Assembly: GCF_009914755.1 (NCBI RefSeq)
Contig: NC_060930.1
DNA length: 64,000 bases
Direction: 5' to 3' (one strand)
DNA from: the human T2T-CHM13v2.0 reference genome, Homo sapiens
The position numbers were made by a program, and so were the translations under genes. The notes below the pieces were generated by a model. The model was not told the origin of the DNA, ran no database searches, and saw only the letters and a list, made by a program, of their open reading frames with translations. Of the stretch, positions 39,346 to 52,500 are shown one piece after another. Numbering within the stretch: position 1 is the stretch's first letter; each line of letters begins with the position of its first letter.

Positions 39346-42300
39346 AGTCAAAGGATCGTTAGTGGCTACTATGAGCACCTATATGCCAAAAAATTGGAAA
39401 ATTTAGAGGAAATTGAACCATGAAGAAATCCACAACCTGAAGAGACTAATAATAAATAATGATATTGAAGCCATAATAAAAAGTCTCCCAGTAAAGAAAA
39501 AGGACCTGATGGCTTCACTGCTGCATTCTACCAAACATGTAAAGAGGAACTAATGCTGACTCTACTCAAACTATGCCAATAAATAGAGGAGGAAGGAAGA
39601 CTTCTAAACTCATTCTATGAGACCAGTATTACCTTGACACCAAAACCGGACAAAGACACATCATAAAAAGAAAACCACAGGTCAATATCTCAGATGAATA
39701 TTGATGCAAAAATTCCAAACAAAATACTAATAAACAACATTAAACAATACATTAAAAAAATAATTATGCTCAACTAGGATTTATCCCAGAGACGCAAGAA
39801 CAGTTCAACATATGCAAATCAATCAGTGTGATACTTCATATCAACAAAATGAAGAAAAACCACATGATCATTTCAATTGATGCCGAAAAGCATTTGATTA
39901 ATTTAACATTTCTTCATTATAAAAACCCTCAAAAACTGGTTATAGAAGGAGCTCACCTCAATATAATAAAAATCGTATGTGACAAACCCACAGCTAGTAT
40001 CATACTGAATGGTGAAAAACTGAAAGCCTTTCCTTTAAGATCTGGGACATGACAAAAATGCTCACTTTCACCACTGTTATTTGACATAGTACTAGAAATC
40101 CTAGCTAGAGGAATCTGACAAGGGAAGGAAATAAATGGCATCCAAATTGGAAAGGAAGAAGTTGAATTATCCTTGTTTGCAGGTGATATAATCTTATATT
40201 TGGAAAAACCTAAAGACTGCAGCAAAAAACTATTCAAACTGATAAACAAATTCAGTAAGGTTGTAGGATCAAAATCAACATACAAAATCCAGTAGCATTT
40301 CTATATGCCGAGAGTGAATTGTCTGAAAAAGAAATAAGGAAGTAAGCCCATTTACAAGAGCCACAAATAAAATTAAATACCTCATAATTAACTTGACCAA
40401 AGTGAAAGATTTCTACAATGAAAACTATAAAACACTGATAAAATGAATTGAAGAGGACCTCCAAAATGGAAAGATATTCCAGGTTCATGAATTGGAAGAA
40501 GCAATATTGTTATAAATTTCATACCACCTAAAGCAAAGTACATATTCAAGGCAATCCCTATCAAAATATCAATGACATTATTCACAGAAATAGAAAAACA
40601 ATCCTAAATTTTATATGAAACCCCCAAAGACCCAGAATAATGAAAGCTATCCTGTGCAAAAAAAAAAAAAAAAATCATAACTGGAAGAATCACATTACCT
40701 GACTTCAAATTGTACTACAGAGCTACAGTAATGAAAACAGCATGGCTCTTGCATAAAAACAGACAGAGACCAATGAAACAAAATAGAGAACTCATAAACA
40801 AATCCACACACCTACAGTGCACTCATTTTGACAAAGGTTCAAGAATATATATTGGGGAAAAGACAGTGTCTTCAATGAATGCTATGAGGAAAGCTGTATA
40901 TGCATATGCAGAAGAATGAAGTAGATCCTTATCTCTCACCATATACAATAATCAAATCAAAATGGATTAAACACTTAAATGTAAGATATCAAACTATGAA
41001 ACTGCTACAAGAAAACCTTGGGGAAACTCTTCAGGACCTAGGTCTGGGCAAAAATTTCTTCAGTAATACCCCATAAGCACAGGAAACCAAAGCAAAAATG
41101 GACAAATAGGATTACATCAAGTTAAAAAGCTACTCCACAGCAAAGGAAACAGTCAAAAAAGTGAAGAGATAATCCACAGAAAGGGAGAAAATTTTTGCAA
41201 ACTATGCATCTGACAAGGGATTAATAACCAGAATGTATAAGGAGCTCAGATAGCTCTATGGGAAAAAAATCTAATAATCCAGTGGAAAAAGAAAACTGGC
41301 AAAATATTTGAATAGACAGTTCTTGAAAGAAGATATACGAATGGCAAGTAGGCATATGAAAAGGTGCTTAACATCATTGACCATCAGTGAAATGCAAATC
41401 AAAACTACAATGAGATAGCATCTCACCCCAGTTAAATGGCTTATATCCAGAAGACAGGCAATAACAAATGCTGAAGAGGATGTGGAGAAAAGGGAACCAT
41501 CCTACATTGTTGGTTAGAATGTAAATTAGAACAACCACTACAGAGAACAGTTTTTGAGGTTCCTCAAAAAACTAAAAATAGAGCTACCATAAGATCTATC
41601 CATCTCACTACTGGGTATAGACACAAAGGAGAGGAAATCATTATATCAAAGAGATAATCTGCACTCTTAGTAAGTTTGTTGCAGCACTGTTCACAACAGC
41701 CAAAACTTAGAAGGAAGCTAAGTGTCCCTCAGCGGATGAATGAATAAAGAAAATGTAGTACTTATGCACAGTGGAGTACTATCCAGTCATAAAAAAGAAT
41801 GAGATCATGTCACTGACAATAACATGGATGGAACTGGAGTTCATTACATTCATTAAGTGAATTAAGCCAGGTACAGATCCCACCTGTTTGTGGGATCTAA
41901 AACTGAAAACAATTGAACTCATGGATATAGAGAACAGAAATATGGCTACCAGAAGCTGAAAAGGGTGATGGAGTGGTGGTGGGGATATGGGAATGGTTCA
42001 TGGGTACAAAAAATAGTTAAAGAATAAATAGGACCTAGTTTTTGATAGCACAACAAGGCAATTATAATTTAATTGTGCATTTTAAAATAAGTTGAAGAGT
42101 ATACTTAGGTTGTAACACAAAGGATAAATGCTTGAGGTAATAGATACCCAATTTGCCACCATGTGATTATTACTCATTGCATTTCTATACCAAAATATCT
42201 CATGTACCCTATAAATATATGCACCATTAGAGTGAGGGCTCTCAATTAAATATTCCATAGATTTGTAAACTATCCACAAATGTCAAAGAACAATTTTTGT

Positions 42301-42551
42301 CATGAGGAATTTTCTATATCTTATATCAGTTTCTCTAAAATATTAAAATAAATGTCCTTAGTGGGAACCAGAATCTTTCTTCAGGACAGTACTGAATTAT
42401 TTACTATATAATCACATTAATTTACTCACTTAATAATTTTAAAGTCCAGCATCAATTGGAAATGATAGCTATAAGATCTTTAGACTAAATTTTTTTCACT
42501 CTTTACAAAGTAACTGAAATCATAATTAGTAGACATTAGTAATATTATACT

Positions 42552-45500
42552 TGTCAAGAACTTAGAAGGGTCTGAGATTTTACCCTATGCACGTGACAAC
42601 TTAGCTTGCCACAGTTTTATGTGTGGTGGCAAAAGACATGAGATTTCTGGGCCAGAAACAACAGACCTTATTACTAATAGCAATAGCAGTAGTCAGAATA
42701 TCAGCATTTATTTTTGTGCTCCACAGGATAAAGCTAAGTGAGCTGAGTGCCTGCATACACACAGTGGCAGGGGAGGAAGTCTGAACTTAGGGAAATCAAA
42801 TCTTTAATGATGGGCAGTAATCTGCCAGATCTTTGCCCTCCCCAAAAAACACTATCTTTGTCATACTGAACAACAAACAAAACCTGTCTTTTACTTTGTA
42901 GGGGGAGATTATCATTACTTTCCATGTCTTTTGGTGTACAAACTCCCTTGAAATGATAGTCCAGAACAATGGCTATTATTACCTCTGTTCTCTAGATGTG
43001 CTGACACCTGAGAGACACATACAGAATTGTTTTTTGGCAATATTGTCTTCTTTACTCAATGCTATCTTGAGTTTCAGCAAATTTTTCTATGAGTACACCA
43101 GTCTGACAGCCACACTAATTAATGTGACTGATAGAGGTTAGAACTAAATGTGTTCATTTTTTTCTCATATAGTATTTAATTAAGGTTACTATCATTAGGA
43201 ATCTGAGCAGCATTACGAGGCAATCTGTAGTATTAACATCAACTGTGCTCCTCAGGGTCCCAGACTCAACCAGCTGACCAAATCTCATAAACCGTTTGAT
43301 CTACTTTAGAAATCCAAGTGTCACTCTCCTTAACTTTCCATATTGACCTTCCCACTTGGCCCAAGGCACTAATCCAGGTACAACAGGATGTGTTAGAGAA
43401 TAAGAAAACTCTACTTTGGCCTGCAAAGAGAAAATCGAGGGCAAAAATTATCAATAGCCGGCATGCTCACTGAGTTAAGACTAAACCAAATATACCCCAG
43501 GACCAAGGTGGTGCCTTTGATCACTTTAACTAATATCAAAGACAAATTTTATATTACCTTTTTAAATTAGATGATTCCTATTGCAGGAAAACCTGCCTAC
43601 AGGGTGGTTATAAATAGCAAGTCAGCTTTCCTGGGAAGCACCCCTAAGTAACCAAGTATAGCTCATTTTGTAGAAAGAGGGCAGTCATTTAAGGGCTATG
43701 TGATCTACTGGGGTGTTTCTTTAAACGCTTGAAGGTATGCTATGGCCACTTTTAAGGTGACAATCACCATTTTGGGAGGAGAGACAAAGGGAATGCTTGG
43801 CTTTTACAAAAGAAATACAGTACCAAGAGTACATGTGGCACCCCTAAAAATAAAGTACTCTTTACAGTTATTCAGACCATCGAAGTGGGATCTACATCAT
43901 CTAGGAGACAGGTTGACATTGCTCTAATATCACCTCCTGGCCAGCTGGCACTGCTTGGTTTCTCAATTCGGTTTGAATAACTGGATATCTTTAATGTTTT
44001 TGAAGGTAAGATCGTAGGCAGTTGGTCTACTCAGTTCTGTATTTTCTCACTATCATCCAGATGGCTTTCTCTACTTCACAAAATGACTAAGCTATTGTAG
44101 TGGGAATGGGGTGAAGCAGATAACTAGAATTATTGATAGAAGTTTTGCTGGAAAGTATTGGGACTAGGGCCATCACTTGTTCTTTTGATAGATTTTTTGG
44201 TAAGGATAAAAGAAATGGCAATTAATTTGTCATCAGGGCTGCCTAGTGGAAGATTACCAAGAGGCATTACAGACACAGAAATCAATTAAATTTAAGTGTG
44301 TGTTACAGTTTAGGAGAGCCACTAAAGGTAATTTTTCTTGGGGAAGGCTCCAGGGGTAGTCAGAAAGAAAAAAATAATAATTATTAATGTCACTACCTCA
44401 TCCATGGCTTCTGGGGTCTAAGATTTTCCTGCTCTAGGAAAATGCCAAAGTTGTTACTGTTTCCCTGCCACCATAAAAGATCTGTGTCCTTTTTTAATCT
44501 TCATAAAGAATCTAGGTAGTTGAATAAGAATTAAGTTTGAATCCCTTAGGCCTCCTTTTGCCCAGGGAGCCACACAGAGTGCATACAAATCAGTCCAGCT
44601 TGGGATTGCTATTGGGAGAAAGTAACAAGTATCATGCCCAGTAACAATCAGAGCAGAATCTCAAACTTTCAAAATATGATTACATGACCTCTTATATTTT
44701 TCATACTGATCATTACGGAGGAAGTAACTGAAAAGGAATGATGTTTCTAGGTAGAGCTATACTCAGTAGCCAAACTGCTTTATTAAAGTGTGTGGATAAG
44801 GAAGAGTTGAGGAAGGTATGGTCATAAATCTTTTTGAGTTGATTTTTGAGAAGGTTATTCCAATGTTCTCCAATACCAGAGTCCTGTGAATGTTAGGGAA
44901 TGTAGGAGGTCCATTGTATAACTTGAATATTAGCCCATTGTTGTATACATTTTTGACAAAAAAAGTGCTAGCATCAGTCTCTAAATTGTCAAGACATCTG
45001 AAAATATGACATAGACCAATTACAAGAGCCACTGTTGTGTGTGGACTTGGCTGATCAGGCATGGAATGAGCATTATAATCTGAAAAAAAAAAAATCACCA
45101 GCTATGAGACCCTGCTGATACCCTTGAGAGAAGACAACATTCTGGTCTAGTTAATGTGCCATAGCAGGGGAGTGGAATGCCCAGTGTGATGTGGTCTCTC
45201 CTATCATGAAACAAACACATTAACTTCTGGCAAGATTTATATGCCTGGTATACAGTGATAGGCCGTGCATCATAAACTTAGGGTCTTTTACTTTGCTTGA
45301 TCTATAATAATGAATGTGTTGCCATGTCTTGTATGAGAATGGATCTAGACAGCAATGGTGGAAATCTGAGCAATGCAGGCTCAATTAGCAGACAGACTTC
45401 ACCTGGTTTCATCAGGGAACAAATCCTCATTATGCATAGCTCTATGAGTGACCCAGATGGTTCAATCAGCAGGGTGATTTGTTACCACAGTTTGTGGTCC

Positions 45501-48500
45501 TAAAGAGAGGCTTCTCAAGTCTGTCAGTCTACAGTTTACCAGGTAGGAGAATAAGTAGTTTAGACAATTAGCAAAAGCTCAAGAGACAGCAAACATAAAA
45601 CAAGGTTCATCAAAAGGAATATTATCCTACTGAATTGAAGAACAATGTCCATGTTCAGTCTGAATAGTTGGTATTGCAAACAGCTGTAGCAGTCCAGTGG
45701 ACACCATCAGGTTCCTGCTGAGATGAGCCTTCAGTGAATCAGGCCCAGGCATTTAGGGCAAACTCTGTGAAGCAAGGACCCCATTATGACAGCACTTTGC
45801 TTCAGTTGGCAGAGTGAAGGATAAAGACTTCCTCAAAGAGATAGTAACCTCTTTTGAAAATGAAAGGCAAAGATGCCACTGGGTCCAAACCAATAGCATT
45901 CTTGAATGTATTACTTTCATCTGACAAATGAGGCTTGTCGAACCCTTCCTTCATGGATCAGGTATTTAGTTTTGACTAGTGTCTCATGCCAAGCTAAGTG
46001 CTGTTTTTCAAAAGGAGTGTACTTGGAACCTGTGCCACCAAGCCAATGACTCCAAAACCCCAGGGACTCCTGTGGTTATAGGGGTGCTTCACTTTTCCAA
46101 ACACTCCAATCATCAAAATCATTAGCCACAGAGAATTATAGTTCAAAGAGATCAGTTGTGTAGAAGACATGCAAAGCTCACTGGGCAATTTTAAACGTAT
46201 CCTTTTTGTCTGGGCCCCACTCGATGGATGCTTATCTGTGGACTAGTTAGTACCATTTTCCAAGTAGAATGCTACCTGAGGCGTGTACTATCTCTAGTAT
46301 CCAAAGAGTTCAATAAATTGCTGTATCTCTTTTTGGAGATGATGTGGGAAAGACACAATAGGTTTTATTTTTTTTTCTTGACAGCCAGTAGGATTGACAG
46401 TGTTAGTATGCACTCATATAGGGCCAAAATATTAATACTTCTTGGCTAGCAGGCCCCTAAATTTTATTGAAGTTTAATACCTCAGTAGCCATCCTTGTTA
46501 GTAGAAATGTAATAATACAACAATCAGGTCCATGGACACTGAGAATTCTGACTTGCTGACCAGCAGGATATCATCTAGTTAGTGAAAACTTCAGACATCA
46601 GAAGATGGATAAGAATGTGTAGTATCCACATATAAACCATTAATATCATTATACAGTGAATTCGACAGTGAAAACCACAACTGTACATTAAATTTGCCCA
46701 AATGGTGGTGTCCACAAGGCCGTATTAGCTGCTCTTCCCCACTGTATACCCAGACCAAATATCTCATTAACTGAATCAGAGCATCTTTATACACACTGAA
46801 CCCCAATAAGATGCTGAGTTGGGCACATTTCCCCAACAGAGCCATGTAAGTTTGAGTTCCTGCCTTCCCCCAAATTACATAGCATACCGAGACAGATGCA
46901 TATGGCCTCTGGTCCTTCTTTTGGACAGGAATGCATATAACTTATCCCCAAATCATATTTATTCATAAAGAGGCTGAGGATGTGGTTGTGGAAAAGGAAG
47001 AATCAGAGGGCATGACATATTTATCTTCAATTTTGAGCAGAGTGGTGACTGCATGTAACTCAACCAAATGAACTTCCAATGTTTTTAGCTCACTCAATGC
47101 CCTATATTAGCAGTAACATCATCCTCACTGACGCCATCTATTTTAGCTTTGTGGACCCCTTGATTCAACAGCCATTACCACATTGTTTTCTGTTTGGGGC
47201 TGTGGAATTTATTTCCTTTGGCTTATTTAGATTTGATGTACACAGTGGTGTCTTTATTTTTCTTTAGAGTCCACCTTACTCTAGAACATTTGCAGTACCA
47301 TTACCAAAATAACATCTCTTAAGATCTTAAGAAATAACATTTCTTAAGATCAAGATTGTGTAGTTTCAACATAAGGCCTAGGATAATTTTCCAAGATGGC
47401 CTGGCTTCCTGCAAGAATTTATCTAGATTTATTTGAGTGTTTTTCTCATAAATTAGTGGATCACTTTCATTAGCACTGTAAAGTCTAACCAGTGTAGTAA
47501 GAGCCCAAATACTAGCTAATGCCTCACCTGTTGTTTTCCCAAGCAGTCTGTCTTCGTTTTGGAAGTCTTCCTGAGAGAGCCAAAGTTCCCACATAGAAGT
47601 CAGGACACACAACAACGATAGCAACAACAACAAAACCCTGAAAGGGTCTAGGGTTGACAGTCTAGACTGCAGGAGAGACTAAGCCATAAAACACTCATCA
47701 GTTGCTGTTCCTCCTTAATAAGCATTATATGCCCCACTCTTTCATTTCCCAAGTGAACTAGCCAAAATTTTAATGGTTTGCCTGATTTCTGCACATAGTG
47801 GTAATAAATTTCCCTCAATTCTTCCCCAGTGCATCTCTGTTGTCTGAAAGGTGACAGAACTTTCTACTATGAAACCCCAGGACAAATCTCAGTACTAGTT
47901 ATTACAAAGCAGTAGAACTGAGGATGATCACCACATAGGGGCATTCTCTTCACCCACTTATATAAAAAGTAGTAGGGTAGTTGTCTTTGTACCTACTTCC
48001 CAGTGCTTTTTCTGAAACCATCTATTCAACTCATTTTAATTGAAAGGCATCGAAGTGAAGGACACTGTTATCCAGGTGACCATATATGAACTTCCCTATA
48101 TTCCTATTTATTGGCGCAGAGACTAATCCTTCCTAATCTTTCTTTTTGCCAACAGAGAACATGCCTATGTCAGCATCCCATTTTCACCACGAAATCCCCA
48201 GGAAAACAGAAGTGTGTTAATCTTTCTCAACTAACAAGTTATGCTGTCCCTCTTTCATGGATACTCAGAGAAAAGAAAAAATAATAATAAAGCCTTAGAT
48301 AAGAAACAAAGGGCTTTATTATTTACAGAGGTAGTAATAGCCAGTATATCAGTATTTATACTGGTTCTTCAAGCTCCAGTTTCCATAGGGCAGCACAAAA
48401 AGGTTGAGGTGGCATCTTTACATGCAATTAAGTTACCCTACAGGAGAGGAAGCATGAGTTAGGGAAACCAAATCTTCTATAGTGGGCAGAAAGCATATCT

Positions 48501-48742
48501 GATCTTTACACAAAGAGAAACATGTTTTTACTATACTGACCAGTAAGAAAAATAGAAAAAACAAAGAAAAAAACAGAAAGAACAGATCTTTGCTTCAGAT
48601 GAAAACACTATCTCTACCTACTTAGGCTGTTTACTATACTAACATTTTTGAAATAATAATCCGGAGCAAAGCTGGACAGTGCCTCTGCATATAAGACATG
48701 AAGAAATGTAAGAGACTCATGGAGAATGGTCTCTCCACAACA
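42552..48742 (-). mobile_element. LTR40-flanked class III provirus (HERVL40-like), gag-pro-pol-env, decayed
   Basis: Two diverged LTR40 copies (42552-43042 and ~48195-48742); minus-strand PBS-like TGGTGAAAATGGGATG (48189-48174); purine tract at 43043-43058; protease-like MALLGKCAQ; LDDILL at 46561-46578; integrase-like HTTVALVIGLCHIF; no clear TSD. Confidence 0.85.
43266..43620 (-). pseudogene. env transmembrane-subunit remnant
   Basis: FPAIGII*FKKVI*NLSLIL...SLNSVSMPAIDN, frameshift, ALDFLFAGQSRVFLFSNTSCCTWIS: fusion peptide, heptad, immunosuppressive domain and decayed CX6CC. Confidence 0.85.
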
Positions 48743-48777
48743 TGACCCTGTCAAAACATATTTATATTAAGAGCATT

Positions 48778-48895
48778 CTCTCTCTGTCTTTCTCCCATCT
48801 CTGCATTTCCGTGTCTCTCTCTCTCTGTCTCTTATACACACACAAACACACACACACGCACATACACACACACACACAGAGACAGAGAGAGAGAG
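48778..48895. repeat. Compound (TC)n-(CA)n-(GA)n microsatellite
   Basis: Read directly. Confidence 0.93.
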
Positions 48896-50548
48896 CAAAA
48901 ACTGAAGTATTTTGGGAGTGTCTTACAGCTTTAAAAGTATTCCCCCAAATTTTACAATGAAATATCAAGATGTTCATTTGGTGGGACCCTTAGAGTTTTA
49001 AAAATAGTTAATAGAAAAAAACCCTACTTTTTCAGTGATCATTAACAGTAAAAGGAATGAATTCTAATCATATTAATATAATAGATAAGAATTATGACTG
49101 TAGAGAATAAATGGGAGACTGATATGTGGCAATTTTAAAAGAAAGAATTAGGAGCATTATGTGTAGCTAAGCAGATAGCTGGCTTAGGAAATAGGCTGCA
49201 ATGAGAAAGTTTGAAGAATATTTGAACAGAAGAAAACAATTTGAGTTAAATTTATAAATGAAAAGAAATCCAGTCAGTTAAGGTGATGGAGGAGGAGTGA
49301 GGGTGAAGCAGTCCCGCTTCACTGAGCAAGATAATAGTCTGCTCAGAGCATTCTGGACCCAGGAATTTTAGAGACTAAAGATTTAAGGTGGCTATAAAAG
49401 AATGAATTGTAGTAGTTGACATAGGAAGGATGAATAAGGATATCAGTTGAAGCCTACTCAATGTAAGAAAAATCTGGCAATGTTTCAGAGATGATGATAG
49501 TCAAAACTATATACGGAAGGAGAAAAATTCTCTTAGAATTTTTCAGTATGGAAGCCATTTAACTCACATGGAAGTGAAGGTCTTTGAGACAGCCAGCTAT
49601 TTCACAGGACACAAAGATCTGCTCTAGTGGGAGGTAACAGATGTAGCCCTCCCAGCTTCTGTTTGAAGATATATACAGCACAAGTTTAGAAAATCCCCAT
49701 TATTATATTATTTTTGTTTTACCATAAATTTTCATAGCATCATACCATAGAGGAAAATTGTGCCAAAGGAGAGAGAGAATTCTAGCACCAATGAGCTTAT
49801 GGAACAATGTAATATGCAGAAAGAACAGAAGGAGAAATGTAATATACTGACTTTTAATTTTTATTTCAGACTGATGCTCATGGCTATCTAAAGCCATCCT
49901 CATTAGTAGAGGAGCAAAATAAATTATATCAGTACAGAAGGGAGGCACACCACAAAACTAAACCCCATTTTTGACAGGCTTATTTACTGCATAAATATGA
50001 TGAAAATGTAAGTATTACCACTTACAATTATGCTTTGCAGTCAGGTTTTGTTTTCCGTTTTTAAAAATGTATGCATGTATTGTGGAAGAGATGGTGGATA
50101 AGACCAGTTTATTCACTCAAGAAAAAAAAAATCTTTGTATGCTGTCACACAGGGTGTACACATAGGGTGGGCACTAGCTTTTGATATTCCCACCTGGATC
50201 TGGTTTGAAATTGAGAAAAAAAAGGGCCAAATGCAGAATTGAATACATCAAGACTTAGTCTTTCCTAAAACACATTTTGCATTACAAGCATAACCCCATA
50301 AAGAAATACATTTCATTTGGGCTTGATTTTCTCAAGAGCCACCTACTGCAATTGTGTGAAATCATGTTGTCTGTGCAGTCTATCTTGGAGCACAATCTAC
50401 ACTAATTTGGATCTGTATTATAAAAGCTAAGCACATCTGGAAGCTGGGCTTGTGAAAAGGCATACCTTGCATTGTCGTGTGCATAGTAAAGTGGAATTTC
50501 TGTTTCGAGTTGCAACTTTGGAATCAAGTTTGTTTTCAGGAGTTTTGT

Positions 50549-50581
50549 GTAGACATGAGTAGACATGAGTAGACATGAGTA
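50549..50581. repeat. 10-bp tandem repeat (AGACATGAGT) x3
   Basis: Three exact copies at 50551-50580. Confidence 0.95.
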
Positions 50582-50687
50582 TATAGCAGAATCCATTGAC
50601 TGAATTCTAGGAGTGTGAGTACAGTTCGATTTTATTTGCGACATCTGTAGGGAAACTACTGATGAAAGTTGCATTGTCGAATAAATA

Positions 50688-50872
50688 GTAATATAATGGC
50701 TAATATTTATTCAGTTTTTTCTACAATGGTACTATTATCAATCATCTCTATTACATAGATGAAGAAATGTAGGTTTAGAAGGTTATGTGACCTTTCTGAA
50801 CTCACAAACCTGTTAAATGATATTATCAGGATTTATACCAAGTTCTCTCTGACCCTAAAGTCCAAGTTCTTC
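50688..50872 (-). mobile_element. MIR
   Basis: taatggctaatatttattcag...ttacatagatgaagaaatgtaggtttagaaggttatgtgac...tgaccctaaagtcc. Confidence 0.75.
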
Positions 50873-51607
50873 ATCAAGATCTATGCATGACCTTGAGAAA
50901 ACACATTCTACTAGTCTGGGAAGAAATAAATCTAAAATTGATTAGAAAAAGAGATGAGGCATGAGATTCAGTTAATTCAATTTGTTAGAGCATATTAATA
51001 AAAAATGTTTTCTGTTATGCTCTCCCACATTGGAAAGTCATTTTTATCCATAAGCCTGAGTCATAGTGTGCAAACCAAACCCAGAAAGCTGACCTGCAAA
51101 TATTATACAAGATGCCGCCTTCAAGTGGGACCTAGTAACATAGTTTGTGGTTCAGCATGAAATATCACCTTTGTCAAAATCTCACACACACTTCAGTATT
51201 ATAATCCAAATGGTGACAATATCCCAACTTTATAGCTTTGTGTCTCAACAATAGCTTGTTTAAAGAAATAATAATTTTGGATATTAAAGAGATACTTTAA
51301 ATTTTTAGTGTTAAATATTAAGTCTATGTTTAGGGATATCATTGAGTACAGAGCAGTCAGGAGTTAGAATACTTGGAATTCAATACATGTTGATCAGAAA
51401 TAACAGTTTTTTAATATTGCAAAAACAGTTTACTCAAAAAAATGTTTAAACGATTTGTATGACAAACGCAGGTAAAAGCTGAACAATTACATTATTTAAT
51501 TGTTTCGCAATATTTCAATTAAATTCATATGAAAATAAAATGGGCTTTCATTAAAATTTTGATGGAACAAATTAATCACTACTTTATTGGTTGAGAAGAT
51601 GCACTCA

Positions 51608-52500
51608 TATTCATTATTCATTCAACCTGTCTTAATTTGGTATGAACTGCACCCTGGCCTTGTTCTAGGTGTTAAGTACATAATGATATGCAGAAGACAG
51701 ACATTCCATTAGGGAGTTCAGAGTCCAGAGGGAGCCAGACAGAAGAATCACTGTATCCTGACAAGTAAGAAACTTCATATGTCCCATGGTGACAACTTGA
51801 AAGCTTATAACATAGTAGGGCAAATGAGATAGGATGCAGACAGAGAGGTGGGTAATGATGTATCATACATAGTTTATAAAGAAAATAAAAAGCCTTTATT
51901 CTTTAAATTGAGAGCAAAAGAAAGTCAGTGCATGTCATTAACCAGAGATTGATGTAGTCCAATTTATGTTAAATTTTGTTTCTCTCTTGTTGCCATGTGG
52001 AGAATGAAATGTAGGAGGGATGGGTAAGAAGGGAGATCAGAACTAGGACATTGCCATGTCCAAATAGAGAGCATCAGTAGTAATATGGTATATGATTGTG
52101 GCTCAAATAGGGTTGGTTTTAGTGCAAATGAAGATAGTGAAATATGAGAGGTTAAAAAGTCAGAACACAGAGATCAGTCGTGAGGGGAAGACGGGTAAAC
52201 TGAAATGAGTATGAGTTATGTGGCAAGGAAAAATTGCTAAGGACAGCATTTAAGTTCCTAGATTGTGCAACTGGGTGTGCAGTGGTACCATTTATTGACA
52301 TTTTTAAAAAATCTGAAAAAGGACAAAGCTTAAGGAAAGTAAACTATAAGTTTGGTTTTTAAATTGCATTTGAATTGGTTTTTGCATTGTTTGATTGAAT
52401 CTATAAAGTGCAGTGGACCCGCCGTTGAGACATTTAAGTGAAGATATTGACTAAGCTGTTGCATACATTGATGTAGATCTCTAAAATGAGTTCTGGAATA
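51608..52500 (-). mobile_element. L2 LINE (~0.9 kb)
   Basis: attcattcaac tail; gtggtaccatttattga; gttgagacatttaagtgaagatattga. Confidence 0.75.

Larger units (their letters stand above)
36012..42225 (+). mobile_element. Near full-length L1MA2/3-type LINE (5'UTR, ORF1, endonuclease-deleted ORF2, 3'UTR, no poly(A))
   Basis: gagcaagatggtggaacagaag start; ORF1 from 37964 (HSDRGFKIAVLRK); [11 protein letters not shown]; FAGD replacing FADD at 40176-40187; 3'UTR ttgtaacacaaaggataaatgcttgagg. Confidence 0.93.

Noticed and set aside
43266-43454. Syncytin-like domesticated env
   Set aside because: There are stops and a frameshift upstream, the first cysteine of CX6CC is lost, and no long open SU frame exists.
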